The notes under the pieces are model-generated. The model was not told where the DNA came from, made no database searches, and was given only the letters and a program-made list of their open reading frames with translations. This document shows positions 13,801-28,800 of a stretch of 64,000 bases of DNA, piece by piece. The first letter of the stretch is position 1, and each line of letters begins with the position of its first letter. A program made the translations under genes and the position numbers. The stretch is from Amphiscolops sp. MND2022 (Eukaryota): assembly GCA_964187785.1 (NCBI GenBank), contig OZ076409.1, forward strand, positions 87,236,001 to 87,300,000, in the 5' to 3' direction.

Positions 13801-16800
13801 TTAATACATTTTGGGTCCTCTGTAGATTATCAGCTAGTTTTCCTTAAAAGCCATATATTAATAATGTAATACAGAAATAAGAGGGCTGGTAAAAATGAAT
13901 AATTATCTCGTTGAAACTTTTTGAAAAATGAAACCAAAAGTGAGCGTAAAGAACAATAACAACAGCAACAAGCACGTCGAGGCGAAACTGATGTTACTGA
14001 TTGTGTCACTGTATTCAGGGTTGCACTTACCGTCGGAAAAGAGTCAGTTCCTTTCCGGGAGTCGGACGACAATTTACGAACAATTATTGGCTCATGGCCG
14101 GAGTTAAACATCTGCAAGTGTTAAAACATGAAGTTAATTAATATCAACATCAAGAAAAAGAAAGCAAGCAATCATTAGAGATCCAAACAGAAAAGTTAAG
14201 TTCATCGATATACATATACATCTTTAGCTCAATTTAGAAACATTACATTTCATCAAACGCTCCAATGAAAAGGTATTCTCAGCATGTTTTGAACAACAAG
14301 TTTAATAATCTGACATTTCGGGAAAGGTTTTTCCCCATTATTAGGAAATCAGTCGTGCATTACCCTTTTTAGGGCTGAAAACAGCCCGCATTGACATCCT
14401 TGGCTCAAAAGTCAATGAGGTGGCTTAACACTGATTAGGAAGCATTATTTGAACAAAACAAATCTCAGAAGCATTATTAAATGCCTGACTTTGACTTTTT
14501 CCACCACAAATCTGCAGATTTGAGTGAAATGGTCGTTTTTTTTACATGGTGCGCGTTTCGCTTCCCAGAAAGATTTATCAGCCGTCGTATTCCTCCAAAA
14601 AGATCATTTAGTTCTTGAAACAATTTTTGGACCGTGTCTCTTATTCGAACACATGGAACAAGCAAAATCTTATAGAAAGGCTTCTACGTAAACGCCATTA
14701 AAAAACGGAGCAGGATTATGTCGACATTGGACCCAAAATTCATCGCAAACGATGTGGACATAATTGGATTTGAATCGTGCTTTTTATTAGCTCCCCACGG
14801 CTGCTTTTTTTTTACCTCCCCAGCGGGGTGATAAGAAATATGGCCACATTTTTTCTAAAAGTGAAGGTACCTGGATTTGCTCGAATTTAAATATTCCCTT
14901 CTCAAGAATAAACAACAGAAATGATTCTAAAAGTTTTTGTTCAATTATTAAATGTGTTTCCCATTAATTACTTGATAGAAATAGAACCAGCTTTCCAAAA
15001 AAAACTCGTTATATTATTTCAGCAAATGTAATGGAGTTTCTTTTAATAACTTCCTTTACGCGGAGATACAACTTCCCGTGTACATTAATAGCATCTGCTT
15101 CCTCCCACTTGCAACTACATCAAAAATGATTCAGTTTTTAGCAGTGAATCATTCAGCTGCATGGAAAAGATACGCACGCACACTTGACCGATTATATTTA
15201 AATACAGCAAAATATAGTGACATGTTTTTTAAACTCTTCAGTATGGCTATAGCACATTGCTGCATGCTAGCTAGCGGTTTAATAAGAAAACAAGTAGAAC
15301 TATTTCCTTCCCAAATCCAAGGGGAGAGTGTCAAACTAGTCGATTCTCAAAACGGAACAAAATAGCCGATTTTGAAAATGGGACAAGATTATTTTTCTCA
15401 AGCATGAAGTGCACGCATCAATCAAAGGTAAATAACACAAGGGTATATTAATTACGAAGTTACAACAGCAATATGCTAAAAGAAAATGCCATCTTGAGAA
15501 TTTTGTTATAAGGGATGTTTTAACTTCAAATAATGAGTCTATGATTTTTTTCGCCAAGTGTAATTAGATGAATATTTTTCAAAAGGCATCAGTTAAGTTG
15601 AAAAAAGTTTACATTTGTTCAAAAACGGTTATTGCTTTTGAATATATTTTATAAAGGCTACTTTTCATTTTCCTTTAAAATTGGCTTTTTGTCCTACATT
15701 CAAAATCGGCTATTTGTGTCTTGGTCTAAAATCGGCGGTTTTGTCCCGCATCCCAATCCCACAAATACTAATCGCTGAAAAATGTTGCTGAATTGTTGTA
15801 AATTAGCAATTTAATCTATCAAAACATCTAACAGTAACTGTTTGGCTTCCAATTATACATTTTCTACAAAGAATGGACTTTGACCCCTATATAAAATATG
15901 TTCGGAGAAAAATATCCAAGCTACATGAAGACACACACGTGATAGTTCAACATGACAGCCACCATACCTTGAAGCCATACATGTCTCCTTTAGCCGTCCC
16001 GTCGAAGCCTCCAATAACCACGAGCACGTCATTTGTCAGAGTCAACATCACATGTCCATATCTTTGACTCGGAGGTCTCGACTGGATGGACAGGTCTGAA
16101 AAACATGTCGCTGCACTAAACAGGCATGGACAAAAGTATATTTTGACCGACACCATAAACTACAAGGGAAATATTTCGGGCGGGTGGGCTGTCCATTTTA
16201 TTGCTCTATTACAGGGTTGCAAAAACGTTCACTGATGGCAGACATCACTTTCAACATTTCGAAAAAACCTTTTCAAAATTCGAAAAAATTATTTTTAACA
16301 CTTCAAAGCTAAACGTAAAAATAATCACAGAAACTTGATATTTCACCAGACATTCAACTATCTGCTAGCAATGCAGCTTCGTTTCCCGCTACAAAACATA
16401 AATAAAACATGTACCCCGAACGCAAGCTTGAGCCTGGAACTTGTCTCGTTCATCTTGTACCTTTTCAATGACCCATAACTTCATTTGCAGTAGATGTTTC
16501 AAAAGTAGCAACCCTGTTCTATCAGTTGATTTGTCAGGTCACAGGTCAACCCCATACCTGGCCAGGGAGAATATTCTAAGGCCCAATACCTCCACCCACT
16601 GCAAATTAGCTTCAGTTTGAGAACATGTAAAGAGGTGTACTAATTGAAAGCAGTAACAAGTGCGGGGATGGGAGTAATAAATCATCAGCCACCAACAAAA
16701 ATCTTACGGTCATAGAGGCCATTTAAAGCCTTCTTGTCTCTACTGGACAAGGGTGTCTGTTCCTCCGTCAACTCTGAAAAGAGGACAACCTGAAGTGCTG

Positions 16801-19800
16801 ACCCCAGAGGTTACGGTCAAAGGTCATAGGACAAAAAAGCCCACGGTGTCGTATCTTAAGTCCAAGTGTCGGTCAATGTTAATACGTTGTGAAACTGTGA
16901 TACGTAAATTAGAAGCTGAAAGATGAATTTAATGACAGGTTTAAACACACTGGGATTGTTATAGGGAAACACAAATGATGAAGTATCATGCACAAACAAA
17001 CCGTAAACTTGATCAAAATTAAATTAACAAACAATCGTTTTTTTTCAAAATTTTCCAACAAAAATAATCTATAAATCATGGACACAGAAAACACTATTAA
17101 TCACTTTAAAGGAAATTTTTGGTCGGATTCTTTTCTTGAAACAACAAAAACCCGGTGTAAAATGATTCAACACGATCATTTCCTCCTATACTTGAGGGAA
17201 CCTCAAAAGCTTCGTACATTTTGCAGGTGAATCATCCTTAGCCGGCGGCATTATTTCCAAATTCTAATTCAGCGCAAATTTTTGAAGCATGTATTTAAAC
17301 CAACGCCGAACAGCATCCTGAACGTTCAGTTTTGAGCAGCAAACCAGAGTTTGGTATAAATTATTCACCTATTCCCTTGTTTCCTTCTAGTTTGTCTCAA
17401 AGTGCAAATCCTTCAATTATGCAGAACACATCACTAATTCATAACTTGATTAATTTTGTGCCTGACATCAACACAAGCGCGCTCTGTAAACATTTTAAAT
17501 TTGCATTATGTATATTTGGGACTAGCAACACTGGTCGAGTGGCATGACATGTTCACCAGTTCTGCGTTTCAAGGCTACATTTAGATTCCCTTTTATGGGA
17601 ATTGTACATTAAAAACATTGCACAATTATTCAGTACACATTTCAACAACTGAGTAATATATGAAGCAGCAGTTTTTCCAAGACTTTTAGGCGCAACAGCA
17701 TTAAACATCTTGAAACGAACACCGTATATAAACCAAACAGAATAGCAATGTTCGCTCGCTGTAGATGACAAAAGGACGCCTTTCAGTAGTATTTGTATGA
17801 CTTAAGCTCCAGCGGTTTGGTTTTTTGAACCGGTTTAGGTTATATCCCAACAGCTAGTTTAATTAAACTTATATCACTCATTCAAAAATTACATCGCAGT
17901 AAGCAGCATTGTGGACATTTCTAACGCGATTATTGCACCGGCTGTGGAAAATATGCGATAGAATCCAGCAGCCTTTGCTTTTCTTTCAAATAAAAATTAA
18001 AACTCGCGCAGTTCAGAAATGTCATTCCCGTTTATGAGTCGCTGAAAAATCAAAAGATGAACAATGAAATATCGTAAAACAATAAACATCAAATTTCTGT
18101 TAGTCAGATTTCTACGTATCACCGCGATATCTTTATTTTCTTTCTCCTCAAATGGAAACAAATGAAAAATGCATTACACACAACTACTGTTCTGATCTAA
18201 ATTAATTCGCATCGCAGTTTCAGTTCCAGTTTTAAATTCAGTTTTTCCATTCATTTCAGTGGTAACAATTCAGTTTCAATGTCAGCTTGTAACACCGCCT
18301 AACTAATTTCATTGAAATTATCAGTATGTACATCATAACTCAAATTTGTTTCTGGGCCTTATTCTGTTTTTTTTTGTTTTCCAAGCAGTGAACTATTCCA
18401 AAATACAGGTATAAATCATGTTTGTTAACTCGTTATCTAGCTTCGATGCGTTGGTGACACGATTACAAGATACGAGCATTAGGATGCTGGTGATGATGAT
18501 GATGAAATCGATAGAGAACGATTAGGAGGGTTGAGATTGATGATGATGATGATGAAGATGGGTACGAAACACGATAGAAAAGAAACGAGAGGAGGACTGT
18601 TTGATGAAATGCATGAAATTAGTAGTTGATGCTTCAATCAACATTGACTGCCGACTGGGTCCGACTTAGGTTGTGATGAGAAAGAGAAAAGCCAGGGCAG
18701 AAAGAAAGGCATTATAGAAGAACAAGAAGCGGCGGGGATCCCAAAATAGCCAGATATTAAAACAGACTGGATGTTTCAGTTCCAGAGTATGAAAAAAAAA
18801 ATCTAGATATGTCTCAAGTGGAATACATGGAATTGTTCTGGCTGAGAAGACAGACAAGAAATAAGAAATGAATGAAGAAAGTTGGGGAAGAAATGATATG
18901 GAAACAAAATGAATGAATCAAGAAGTTGCGAAAGAATCGATTTTGAGTTGAGCGGGAGAGGAAAAGAGGCGCAGCAGTCAATGTAGTGGATACATTTGGA
19001 TACATTGTATTATTCAACATGTAACGCAAATGTTTACGTTAAAACATACCCTTCACCGAATAGTCTCGAAATTTCTGTTTTGCGTCATCAAATATATACA
19101 CTGAAAGAAAACCATGAAATTTGTTGCGACATTATTACCATTTTGAAACATTCGATTTCATTATAAACTCTTCATATGAATGAGTTGACTCACCGAGTAC
19201 ATTTGCCCAAGAGGCAGGTATGTAATTTACCTTGACAGTACTCGTTGTTCATTGCATTGATCAATGAATGATTCAGAATTTGTATGTGATAGGTTTAAAG
19301 GATTATCTGCGGCTGCATATGTAGAGGCTTAGGGGCTTATGAATGCAAACAGTTTCTCACACCATTCTAAAGCAGTCAACCTAATATATCATACCATAAC
19401 AAGTGCCAGAATATTGCTCCGGCTAGTAGTGTAGCACCGAAGCATGGTTATTGCCATTGGTATAAGCGGTCAAACTAAGCCAGGCAATCAGAACTACAAC
19501 TGCTCAACACAAGTCTAAACAACTCCCAATTCAGTCACGGTAAAGAATCGGGTCGTCCGTTGTTTACCACTTCACATTGCAAATTGTACACAAACTCTCA
19601 ATTGTAACAATTTCGAATGCTACCCATATGGAAAGCTTAGCCAACTGGGAATGAATATAGATTCAGGCAGGTACTATAAAGAAGGGGGTTGGCAGTTGTA
19701 GAACTGGTTTCCTGACATATTGCCAAGGGGATGGTCACGTCAAAAGACTATCTTCACAATTACGATACGTGAGACCTTCATTTATATAAATAGCTGCCTC

Positions 19801-22800
19801 TCAGCTGAGACTATATACTGACTACATTCAAGCCGAAGTGTCTAAGATGGTCCGATAGTCTTTTAACGGGTACCGCAAAAAAGCAACTCTACCGAAAACA
19901 ATCCATGACATGAAAAACTATTCACACCTTACGGCATTTATTAAATTCAGATTCTTGTCATAAAACGTGAACATCGATGGTATTGGAAGTCGAAGTGAAT
20001 ACATCACATGGTGATTCACGATGGGTCATAAAAAGGTCGTAGGTGCCAATGTTGAAATAGGAAAAATAACATCAAAAATATAGACAACATTCTGCTTTCT
20101 TCCAAGGCAGAAGTTGACATTTCTGTAAAACTCAATCCACAAATCCACAACAAAGTGACACTTTGCACGGGGAACTTTCTCGTGGGTGGTGAAAAACCGG
20201 GTTGTTCGTTTTCTTCAAAGGGATTCCATTACATGTTCACGCACACTGCCGTAATTGGATATAAATCCAGAGTAATAAAAAGTGTTTTCCACACACGCAA
20301 ACAGTTTTTCTACTCGCATGATACCTACTACTTGTTTTCTCTTTGCGTAGCAAGTCTTTGATGTCCATGATCAAAAACTTGATTCTTTCATCAGCTGTAA
20401 ATTGTAAAGTATAAGTGGTAACCTTAGAAATATATGGAACCATAACTTTTCATCCCAGAGAGTTCAATATATTATTACTTACCACTAACATAGATATCTG
20501 CTAATCAAACTAGATGTTCTTACTATCCAGTCTAAGAAACACTGTAAAGTAGTCTGACATTTAGTCTATCACAGACACATCAAAAACTAGGAGAACTATA
20601 AGTGAAGCCATCAACCATAATTAGATACAACTAGCATCCATATCAATTGCGCTCAAACCATCTGTCTTGAAATCCATACCATTTTCTTGTCATTTCATTG
20701 CATAAAATTGCCATGTGTTAATCATTTTTGCGGCATGACAGGTTAAAAAAAAACATTCGCGTCGCTTGCGCAGAGTTGGCAGCAGCGATCGCGAGACGAA
20801 ATAGATGCAGTTGCTCTTTCACAAAAGGTATTGTGATTAAATCCTAGCGCTGACGTGGATAGAGATGAATTTTTAATGCCATGTATTGGGACGAGTAAAA
20901 AAAGTACTAGACGAACATAGCCAGATGACCAAAATAAAACAACAAACGACGGTAGTTGAAATTCAGTAGTAACTCAACTCAAGGAGTGGTGTTTGATAGG
21001 CGACTGGATCAGACAGGTCTTACCTTTGTCAGACGGTGACAGGTTGTTTTTGTCGGTCCACAGCATACAGTCCAAGTGCAGAAAGTAGAGGTCATTGGTA
21101 TAACACATGTCATCTTCGGTTGCCCTGCGATCCCTCTTGTGCGAGTATGCAGTGCCACCTAAATTCATTCCATCTTGCAGCCAACTGTCACTCAGATTAG
21201 TTACCAATTACATAGAATTACACAGAATTGGTTCTGCCGTCCGAGAACAGGTCATAATATCGATCAGCACCCTTTCGATCTATTGCTACATGTACTAGCA
21301 CGTGACACAACTCAAAATGAAGCCAATTAATATTCAAAATTTCTACTGTTTCCTTTAAAATCGCATGCAAAACGAACCATCGTCCGATTATCTTTAATCT
21401 CAGATGAATTAAAAGAATATGGAAAAGGTAGACACACGAAATACTGTGAAAGTAGCAAATTTAAAAAGCAGTGATTTGAGAAGCTTGTCATACCAAAGAT
21501 GACCATGTAATTGCCAAGAATGACGGCAGTGTGATAGGCAATGTTGGGAGGGCGAGACACCACAGTTTGGTTGCCAGTGGCCCACTCGGCCAGAAACAGA
21601 GGCTCCACTTTCAGCACAAACAATCGACTGCTTCGCTCTGACGATCTACAAACAAAACAATCACTCGTTATTGTCAAATATTGTCATTTTGGAAACAAAT
21701 TATTGTTTTTACAAATTAGTATGCTGAAGACACTTGATTTCAAATCTCAAATCGCAATAATTTTTTGTTTTGAATCAACACGAAAACCAAAGTTAGCAGC
21801 TAACAAAATTCTACGCTAATCTTCTGTTTTTTTTTTCGAAATTCGCCATGCAATACCTCGGGAACCATCATGCAAAAGTGTTTGAGACAAACGTTGTACC
21901 TTTGAGTTTTATCTCTAACTTTTGAACTTGACACTTTCGTTTGAAAATGTCATCTGAAAGATTATACAGCAAAAAGAACACAGAATGCGAAATCTTTATT
22001 TTTTAGTGTAAAAATAGTTTCGACGAAATTGCAAGTGTTTTTGGCTGTTCGTTTTTTAAGAAAGCATTTTCAGAAAAGGTTAAAATAAGAGCTAAAGAAC
22101 GGTGTCAAGGCTACAAAAATTATCAGGGGAGGGTTTTCTTCTGACCAAGAAAGAGTTTGAGATAATGCTAAGTGAATTTTAAAAATCTTTCCAAAATTTT
22201 CCTCGAAATTCAATGTGATATAACTTTTTATGTTTTGATTCTATGATTAAATGTAAAACGAATTTAACCACTCACTAAAAGTCTACAAAACACCCTCGGG
22301 GTGGTTTCTTCTGAAGCGTTTCTAAAATTTAAAAATTCGAAAAGGTATATGAATTATAGCGATCTAGTATATGAACAAGCCGGGAACGGCCTAAGTCGGC
22401 GCCATATCTAAGGCTCAAAAATAGCAAAAGGACATGAAAGTTTCAAAAAACTCACGAGAAACCCAAACGACGGAACTGGCGCTAAAAGGGGGATCCTTTC
22501 GCATTTTTTAACATCCATTGTTGCAAAACATCAAAAAAATTGAAGGGGGACCCTTTGGTGAAAAAAATTCCGAAAAAAAGTCACAATGCCAAAAAAACTG
22601 AAAGAGGGACCCTTTAGTATCTTCCGGTATGGTATGTAACGCGGAAAAAAGGAAAAACCTTTTTGCTTCAGTTCGCTAGGCCAAATCAATTTGGGACCAT
22701 AAAATTTTGTAGAACTTTTCAGAACTATTTTGGCCAGTTCGTGTGAATTGAAAAAATAAAAAAAGACACTATAATAGTCGCGTTTCACTTCATGAAACAC

Positions 22801-25800
22801 CGACTAAAAAATGGTCACATACTAAGACCGATTTCCCCGCATGTAATAAAAATACAGACTTTTTGCCTTACTCGGCTTCGATTCGACCTAAAATGTTGTA
22901 AATTGAGTTATCGAACTTCAAACTGCTTTCCATTCGGCTTTCGCATTCATATTTCGACCTATGTATGGTTCACTAATTGAAGTCATAGATATTTCAGAAG
23001 TCAATTGTCATTTGATTTCCAAGAGATATTCTCTGTGGGTATCTGCACTGCATATTTTTGCAGGACTGAAGAGCGAATCTGGAAACTGTTCGAAACGCCG
23101 CATTTCAAGACTGGCAATGGCTGGCAACTTCAAAAGAGCAGATAACCGATATTGTTAGCACCCATTAGGCTTACAACCTGGAAAAGAAGTTTACTTAGCA
23201 CAGAATTGATTCCCACCAGAATAGCGCGTGTGTTGATAGTCTTCAGCTCGACGAAATACCCCCACCCAAAAATACCCTTTCTCAGCAACGCCTACCCTAT
23301 GAACCAATAAAAATTGCCATCCCAGTGATGGTTGTAAGTAGTAAATTCATAGCGTGGAATTTGATGCAAATCAGGCACCAATATCACTTAGCAGGCGAAA
23401 ATATTCCGAATTATTACATATCATGTTTGCAGAGATGAGAAATGAAATGAACAAGGAATAGGAGCGGAAAAGGGATTACAATTATGGCTCTCCGGAGGCA
23501 GAGGCTGAGTAACAACAAATGTTCGCTGCTTCTCAATGGTGTTTACTGCTCTGTGCATGAGACATGTGAAGGGACACAACGACTGCTGCTGCTGCTGCAA
23601 CAGCAGATAAAATTGGTGTGCGAATAAAATTGGTAGTTAGCATTACACCACTGTGGTATAGTACCTGTAGCATACACCATACAGGTAAATGTTGCGTGAA
23701 ACAATCCATGTTGACAAAAAACACGGCGGAGGCACAATCGCACCTTACCACTGACAAATGGGAAAAAGGAAAGATGTATGTACGGCTGGGAATGGCGGCG
23801 ATGGCTGTAGTAGCATTCAAAGAGTAAAAATACAAGTTGGAAGAAAGATGCTGAAGTTCTTTCTATCTGCTGCATTTTTCTCATTCCTTTCTCTTCCCTT
23901 TTTTTCGTTGCTTCGAGTGTTCACAACACTGTTCATCAATTGCCCCGCAATAAACGCGGTAGCATTTAAAATGGCAGCACAGTATTGTTCACGGTCAGTG
24001 GTTATCATTTATTCATCACGTGTACAAAAGTGTTTTTGTAGAAGCAAGCACTGTAAGATGGTGTGAAAATAATTGGGGTTCATTAACTAACTTGATAGAC
24101 ATGGGGGTGAAACCTCCGAAAATGAAGAGTGACTGATAACGTTCCACATACACCGTGGAGTGACCCACCAATTGCAGTACTGAGGTTTTCAGGCCGTTAA
24201 CTGCCACGTTGAAGCGCCATGTCTTCTCACACCAATTCAATACATGCACACCCTTGTTGTACAGATAGTTCCTTTGTCGGCCTAAAAACCATTCAATCAT
24301 CCTTACCTTTCTCCGACCGTGTCTCTTTGGACATGTGACATTTCCAAGAAATCCATTGATTACAGAAGAAAGGGAGCTTATTTTTACGACAAAAATGCTC
24401 AGTTTGAAAATTTTGATCAGCTCATTAAAATAATTGAGCAACCTTTTAGCTGACTATCAGATGACTCCAGGATTCACTGATAACGAATACAACCATTGGA
24501 CTTCATTTTCATCAACTTGCGATTTCATAATCTTCGAGCACATTTAAAATCAAGTTTTGCTTTTTTTTCAAGTAAAAACTGATTTTTTAAAAAGGGACCG
24601 GATTTTGAATAAGGTAGATGGAAATGAATACAGATTTGAAAAATGGCTGTTTTTTGGTCTTTTTGGGCTCATTTTGGCTATGTTTCTTAGATCCCAGTCA
24701 TACGATTTTGATGCCATTGTGCACGCAGGAGCACCTTTGGGTGTATAATGACTGCAAAATCGTATGGAGAGTTTTTGACAAATTTGAAAGTTTCATTGAA
24801 AGGTCGAGAGAAAAAAGTCACGATTGCATAAGTAGTCGAAATTTTTTTTCCGACTTCTAAAAACTGAAAAATGTGGAACAAGCCGGGAATGACATAAGTC
24901 GGCTCACCACTTAAGGCTAAAAGAGAGCAAAAGTACTTCAGAGCGTCAAGGATTTTCTACTGAATAAATTCTGAAATTCACAGTACCAAAAAAACAAAGG
25001 GTCCTCTTTTGGGTTAAAAAGGGGTTTTTAGTCGGCGCTTCATGAAGTGAAAGGCGACTATTATAGTGACTTTTTTCTATCCACATGAACTGACCAAAAT
25101 AGTTCTTGAAAGTTCTACCAAATATTATGGTGTCAAATTGCACCATTTAGCCTAGCGAACTGGACCAAAACAGTTTTCCGTTTTTCCGCGTAACATACCA
25201 TACCGGGCAACACCAAAGGGTCCCCCCTTTCAATTTTTTTCGGCACTGCGAGACATTTTTTGGAAATTTTTTCCCCAAAGGGTCCCCCTGCATTTTTTTG
25301 ATGTTTTGCGACAGAATGGATGTTGAAAAACCTCAAAGGGTCCCCCCATTCAGTTTTTCGGCATTGTGAAACTTTTAAAAATTCTCTAAAGGGTCTCCCC
25401 TTCAACTGCGACAAAAATGTTGACAATTTTGGAAGTGTCCCCCGTTTAGCGCGCCAGGGGCTCGCGCTAGCGGGCCCCGGCGCGCCACTCGGTCCATTTT
25501 TTTGCTTTCTCGATTTTCGAGTACTGTAAATTGACACTTGGAAGTCTTTTTGCTATTTTTGAGCCTTGGATATGGCGCCGACTTGGGCCGCTCCCGGCTT
25601 GTTCCTTTTATTCCCAACAGAAACATCAAAAACCAATTATTTTATGCTTCTTTTCCCCTCAGAAACCATAAAAAGCGAGGAACGGCATAAGTCGGTCCCA
25701 TATCTAAGGCTCAAAAATAGCAAAAGGACTTCAAAGTGTCAAGTATTCTCTTTTACAGTACCCGAAAAACCCAAAAGTTGGAGCGAATTGGCGCACCGGG

Positions 25801-28800
25801 AACCCTTTAAAGACATTTAATTTTTTTCGACCTTTAGCCTCGCCCGGTATTGTATGTTGCGCTGATATAAAGGAACAACTCTTGGTTAAGGTCCTTGGGC
25901 CAAATGATCCAATTTGACACCTTAAAGTTTCGTAGAACTTTGTAGAACTATTTTGGTCTGTTCGTGTGGATTGAAAAAAAGTCACCAGTATAGTCGCGTT
26001 TCACTTCATGAAGCGCCGACTAAAATTGCGAGAACTCTTTTGGTATATATACTTTCCAAAAAAGGGGACGAAAAATAAAAATGGGACTTTTGAAAAAGTG
26101 AAAGGTTTTCCAAAGTCTCACCGTTCCGTGAGACATATTAGGTTTCGAAAAAAAAAAACTTATTTAATCCGAATAAGTTAAGTCCGAATTAAGTCACATG
26201 TGAAATAGGAATGGGGAGACCCTTCCAACTAATTTGCCTATTTGTAGAATTTTGGTATTCAGCATGGATTGATCACTTTGATCGGATTGGAAAAATAAAC
26301 ACGAAATGTCACTATAATAGTCGCGTTTTATTTCATAAAGCGCCGCGTGAGAATATAGGTAAAACACAATTTATTTGTCATCAAATTCGTTCCATTTTAT
26401 TATAATATGGTTTCGCAAATTCTCAAACGTCGTGTTTAGTCTCTGTGGAGACTGAAGAATTGACAAAACAAAAAGAAACCAGGGGACAATTTTTCAATTC
26501 TCAGAAATAAGCATAAGCATCAGCATTCGGTTTGTAATTTTTCAAAATATGCAAACGTGTTTCAAAAAGCTTAGACCAAATATGGGATTCCCATACAGGT
26601 TATGTGTTTTTAAATAAGGAAATCAGGTCCCTAAGCACACATACCCCCAATAACGAAGATTTCGCATTTCCCAACGAGAGTTGCTGTGTGCCCAGATACA
26701 TCAAGCCAGGGGTTGCCTGACAGACTTCTCCATATTTTGTCCACTAAAATCAAAGCTTATAAATACCAATCAAACTTTTCAAGAGGAATCATATGCCAAT
26801 AACACCAGGGCATCAAAACCATCATCAGTGATTAATGTTTCTTCGGTTTATAGTATCATGCATTCGAGAATTGAAGCATTTCTTCTGCTACGGAACTGTT
26901 ACATGACACCGAAAGAAACATTATCCTACTTCTATTTACATATTAGATAATTCACAGACAAAGCAATGTGATAAGCAAAAGGGGTCAGTTTCTAACGTGT
27001 ATTGAAATAGTAGACAAATCGAGGCTCATTGCCGTTTTGAGGCGTGCCTCCAATCACAACAATCTCGTGATTAATAGCAGTCATCGTGTGTCCCATTAGA
27101 GCAGGTGGGTTAACACTGTTGTACTCGTTCAGTGTCACATTAGACCAAAGTCCCGTGTCGAAGTCATACTGAAGAAAGTCTCGTCTGATGTCGGACAAAT
27201 CGAAACCTCCGAAAGTGTAGATTCGTTTTGAGTTTTCCATATACACAGCACCAAAAGCCATCCGACCAGAAAATGATTTTTGGTCGTGGGAGTAAAGCCG
27301 GTACCAAATATCTTCTCCACCATTGAGCAAGTTCAAAGAGCAAGTCTCTCCAATGTGATGGGGGCGACATTTGCACCATACACGTTCTTCTCCGTCCTGC
27401 ACAAAAAACTTGAAATTTGAACAATTGTCGCACTCAAGTGTCCCTTCCAACTTCCATAAATAATTTATTTTCAAGCACTACGCAGGTGTGGAAATGATCC
27501 AATTGCTATAGGCATTCAATTTTGAAAAACATATTTCACAAGTAGACGTTTCAGCAATCCAACCAACATGAAAACTATTTTTTGCAAGAAAGGAAACGAA
27601 CCAAAACGTCCATATGATGTTTGACTTATACTGAAGTATCCACACTTCAGCGCTTATATGAACAAGCCGGGAACGGCCCAAGTTGGCGCCCCGCTTAACG
27701 TTCAAAAAGAGCAAAGTGTTTTGAATATGCGAGGGACACTTATTGTGAAAATTTGTATCAAATTTACAGTGCCGAAAAATACCCGATGGGAATAGGACTC
27801 TAAATCCGCTTTTACCACAACTCGAAGTTTCTGCCTAATTTTTGAAAATATCGATATTTTCATCTTTCTGGGAAGTCTCATTTTGCCGAAAAGCCAAGAC
27901 ACTCTGAGTTCTCAAAACGCTTTTTCCAAGCCAAGAACTTTTAAACAGTCACAGGACCTAAAAACAACCAAAGATGTCACCCTTAAGACTCGGAAAACGG
28001 TTTTCCTTAACAGAAAACCTCAAAAAAATTGTTTTCATTTCTTAAAAATGTCTTCGATAAGTGGCATAGTGCCGAAAAAACCTAAAGGCGAGACCTTTTG
28101 GTCTTCCCTTTATCTTTGCAAGTATAAAATTTTGGTTTAGTGCGGGACTCGAACTCATGTACTCCTTTTCCGTTCATTTTTCAATCCCCTCGGAAATTGG
28201 GGGACATATGAAATATCGGGACAATTGAAATTATTTTAAAACTTCATACCTTGTCACCATTTATATATTATTATGTTATATTTTATTCTGCAGTTACCAG
28301 CTTGTTAATTTGAAGAACAGTCCAAAGGGTTTTATAGAGTAAGAAAACTTCAATAAAACAGTAAGGTAAAGTTTCTCACCCCCGGGGGATCTTTCACGCA
28401 CTCGCCGTGTTCTTTGTGCTGCCAGCACTTTTCAGCGCATTGTCTAAAACTGCAATCTTCTCCAATATAACGAGGGTATGCTTGACATTCACACATATAC
28501 CTCTGAGGATCTGTTTGACTGACAACGCACTTCCCATGACCGGAACAATTGTTTGGACAGTGTGACACAGAGAAATTAGCACGAAAACCTTTGAGGAAGT
28601 AATTGGTGTCAGAAAACATGTGGATATATAGCTGAAACAACATTCAGATTCACTAGAGCAATTGACACTATATATCGTCAAAAAAGTAAACCTACTAACT
28701 TTTCCACTGCTGGAGGTAAGTCGAACATCGTTCTGTATCCCACTCAAGGCACCTATGAGTTTGGAGTTTGCGCTTGAAGCCCCATCTCGGACAAAAACGT

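Noticed and set aside
19194..19310. Further cassette-exon candidate with GTGAG/GTAAAT donors
   Set aside because: No acceptor-donor pair gives an open, symmetric phase-1 exon.
23660..23760. Strong acceptor followed by GTAAG in intron 5 (micro-exon or recursive splice site)
   Set aside because: Resulting exon lengths (2, 7 or ~86 nt) do not keep the phase-2 frame.
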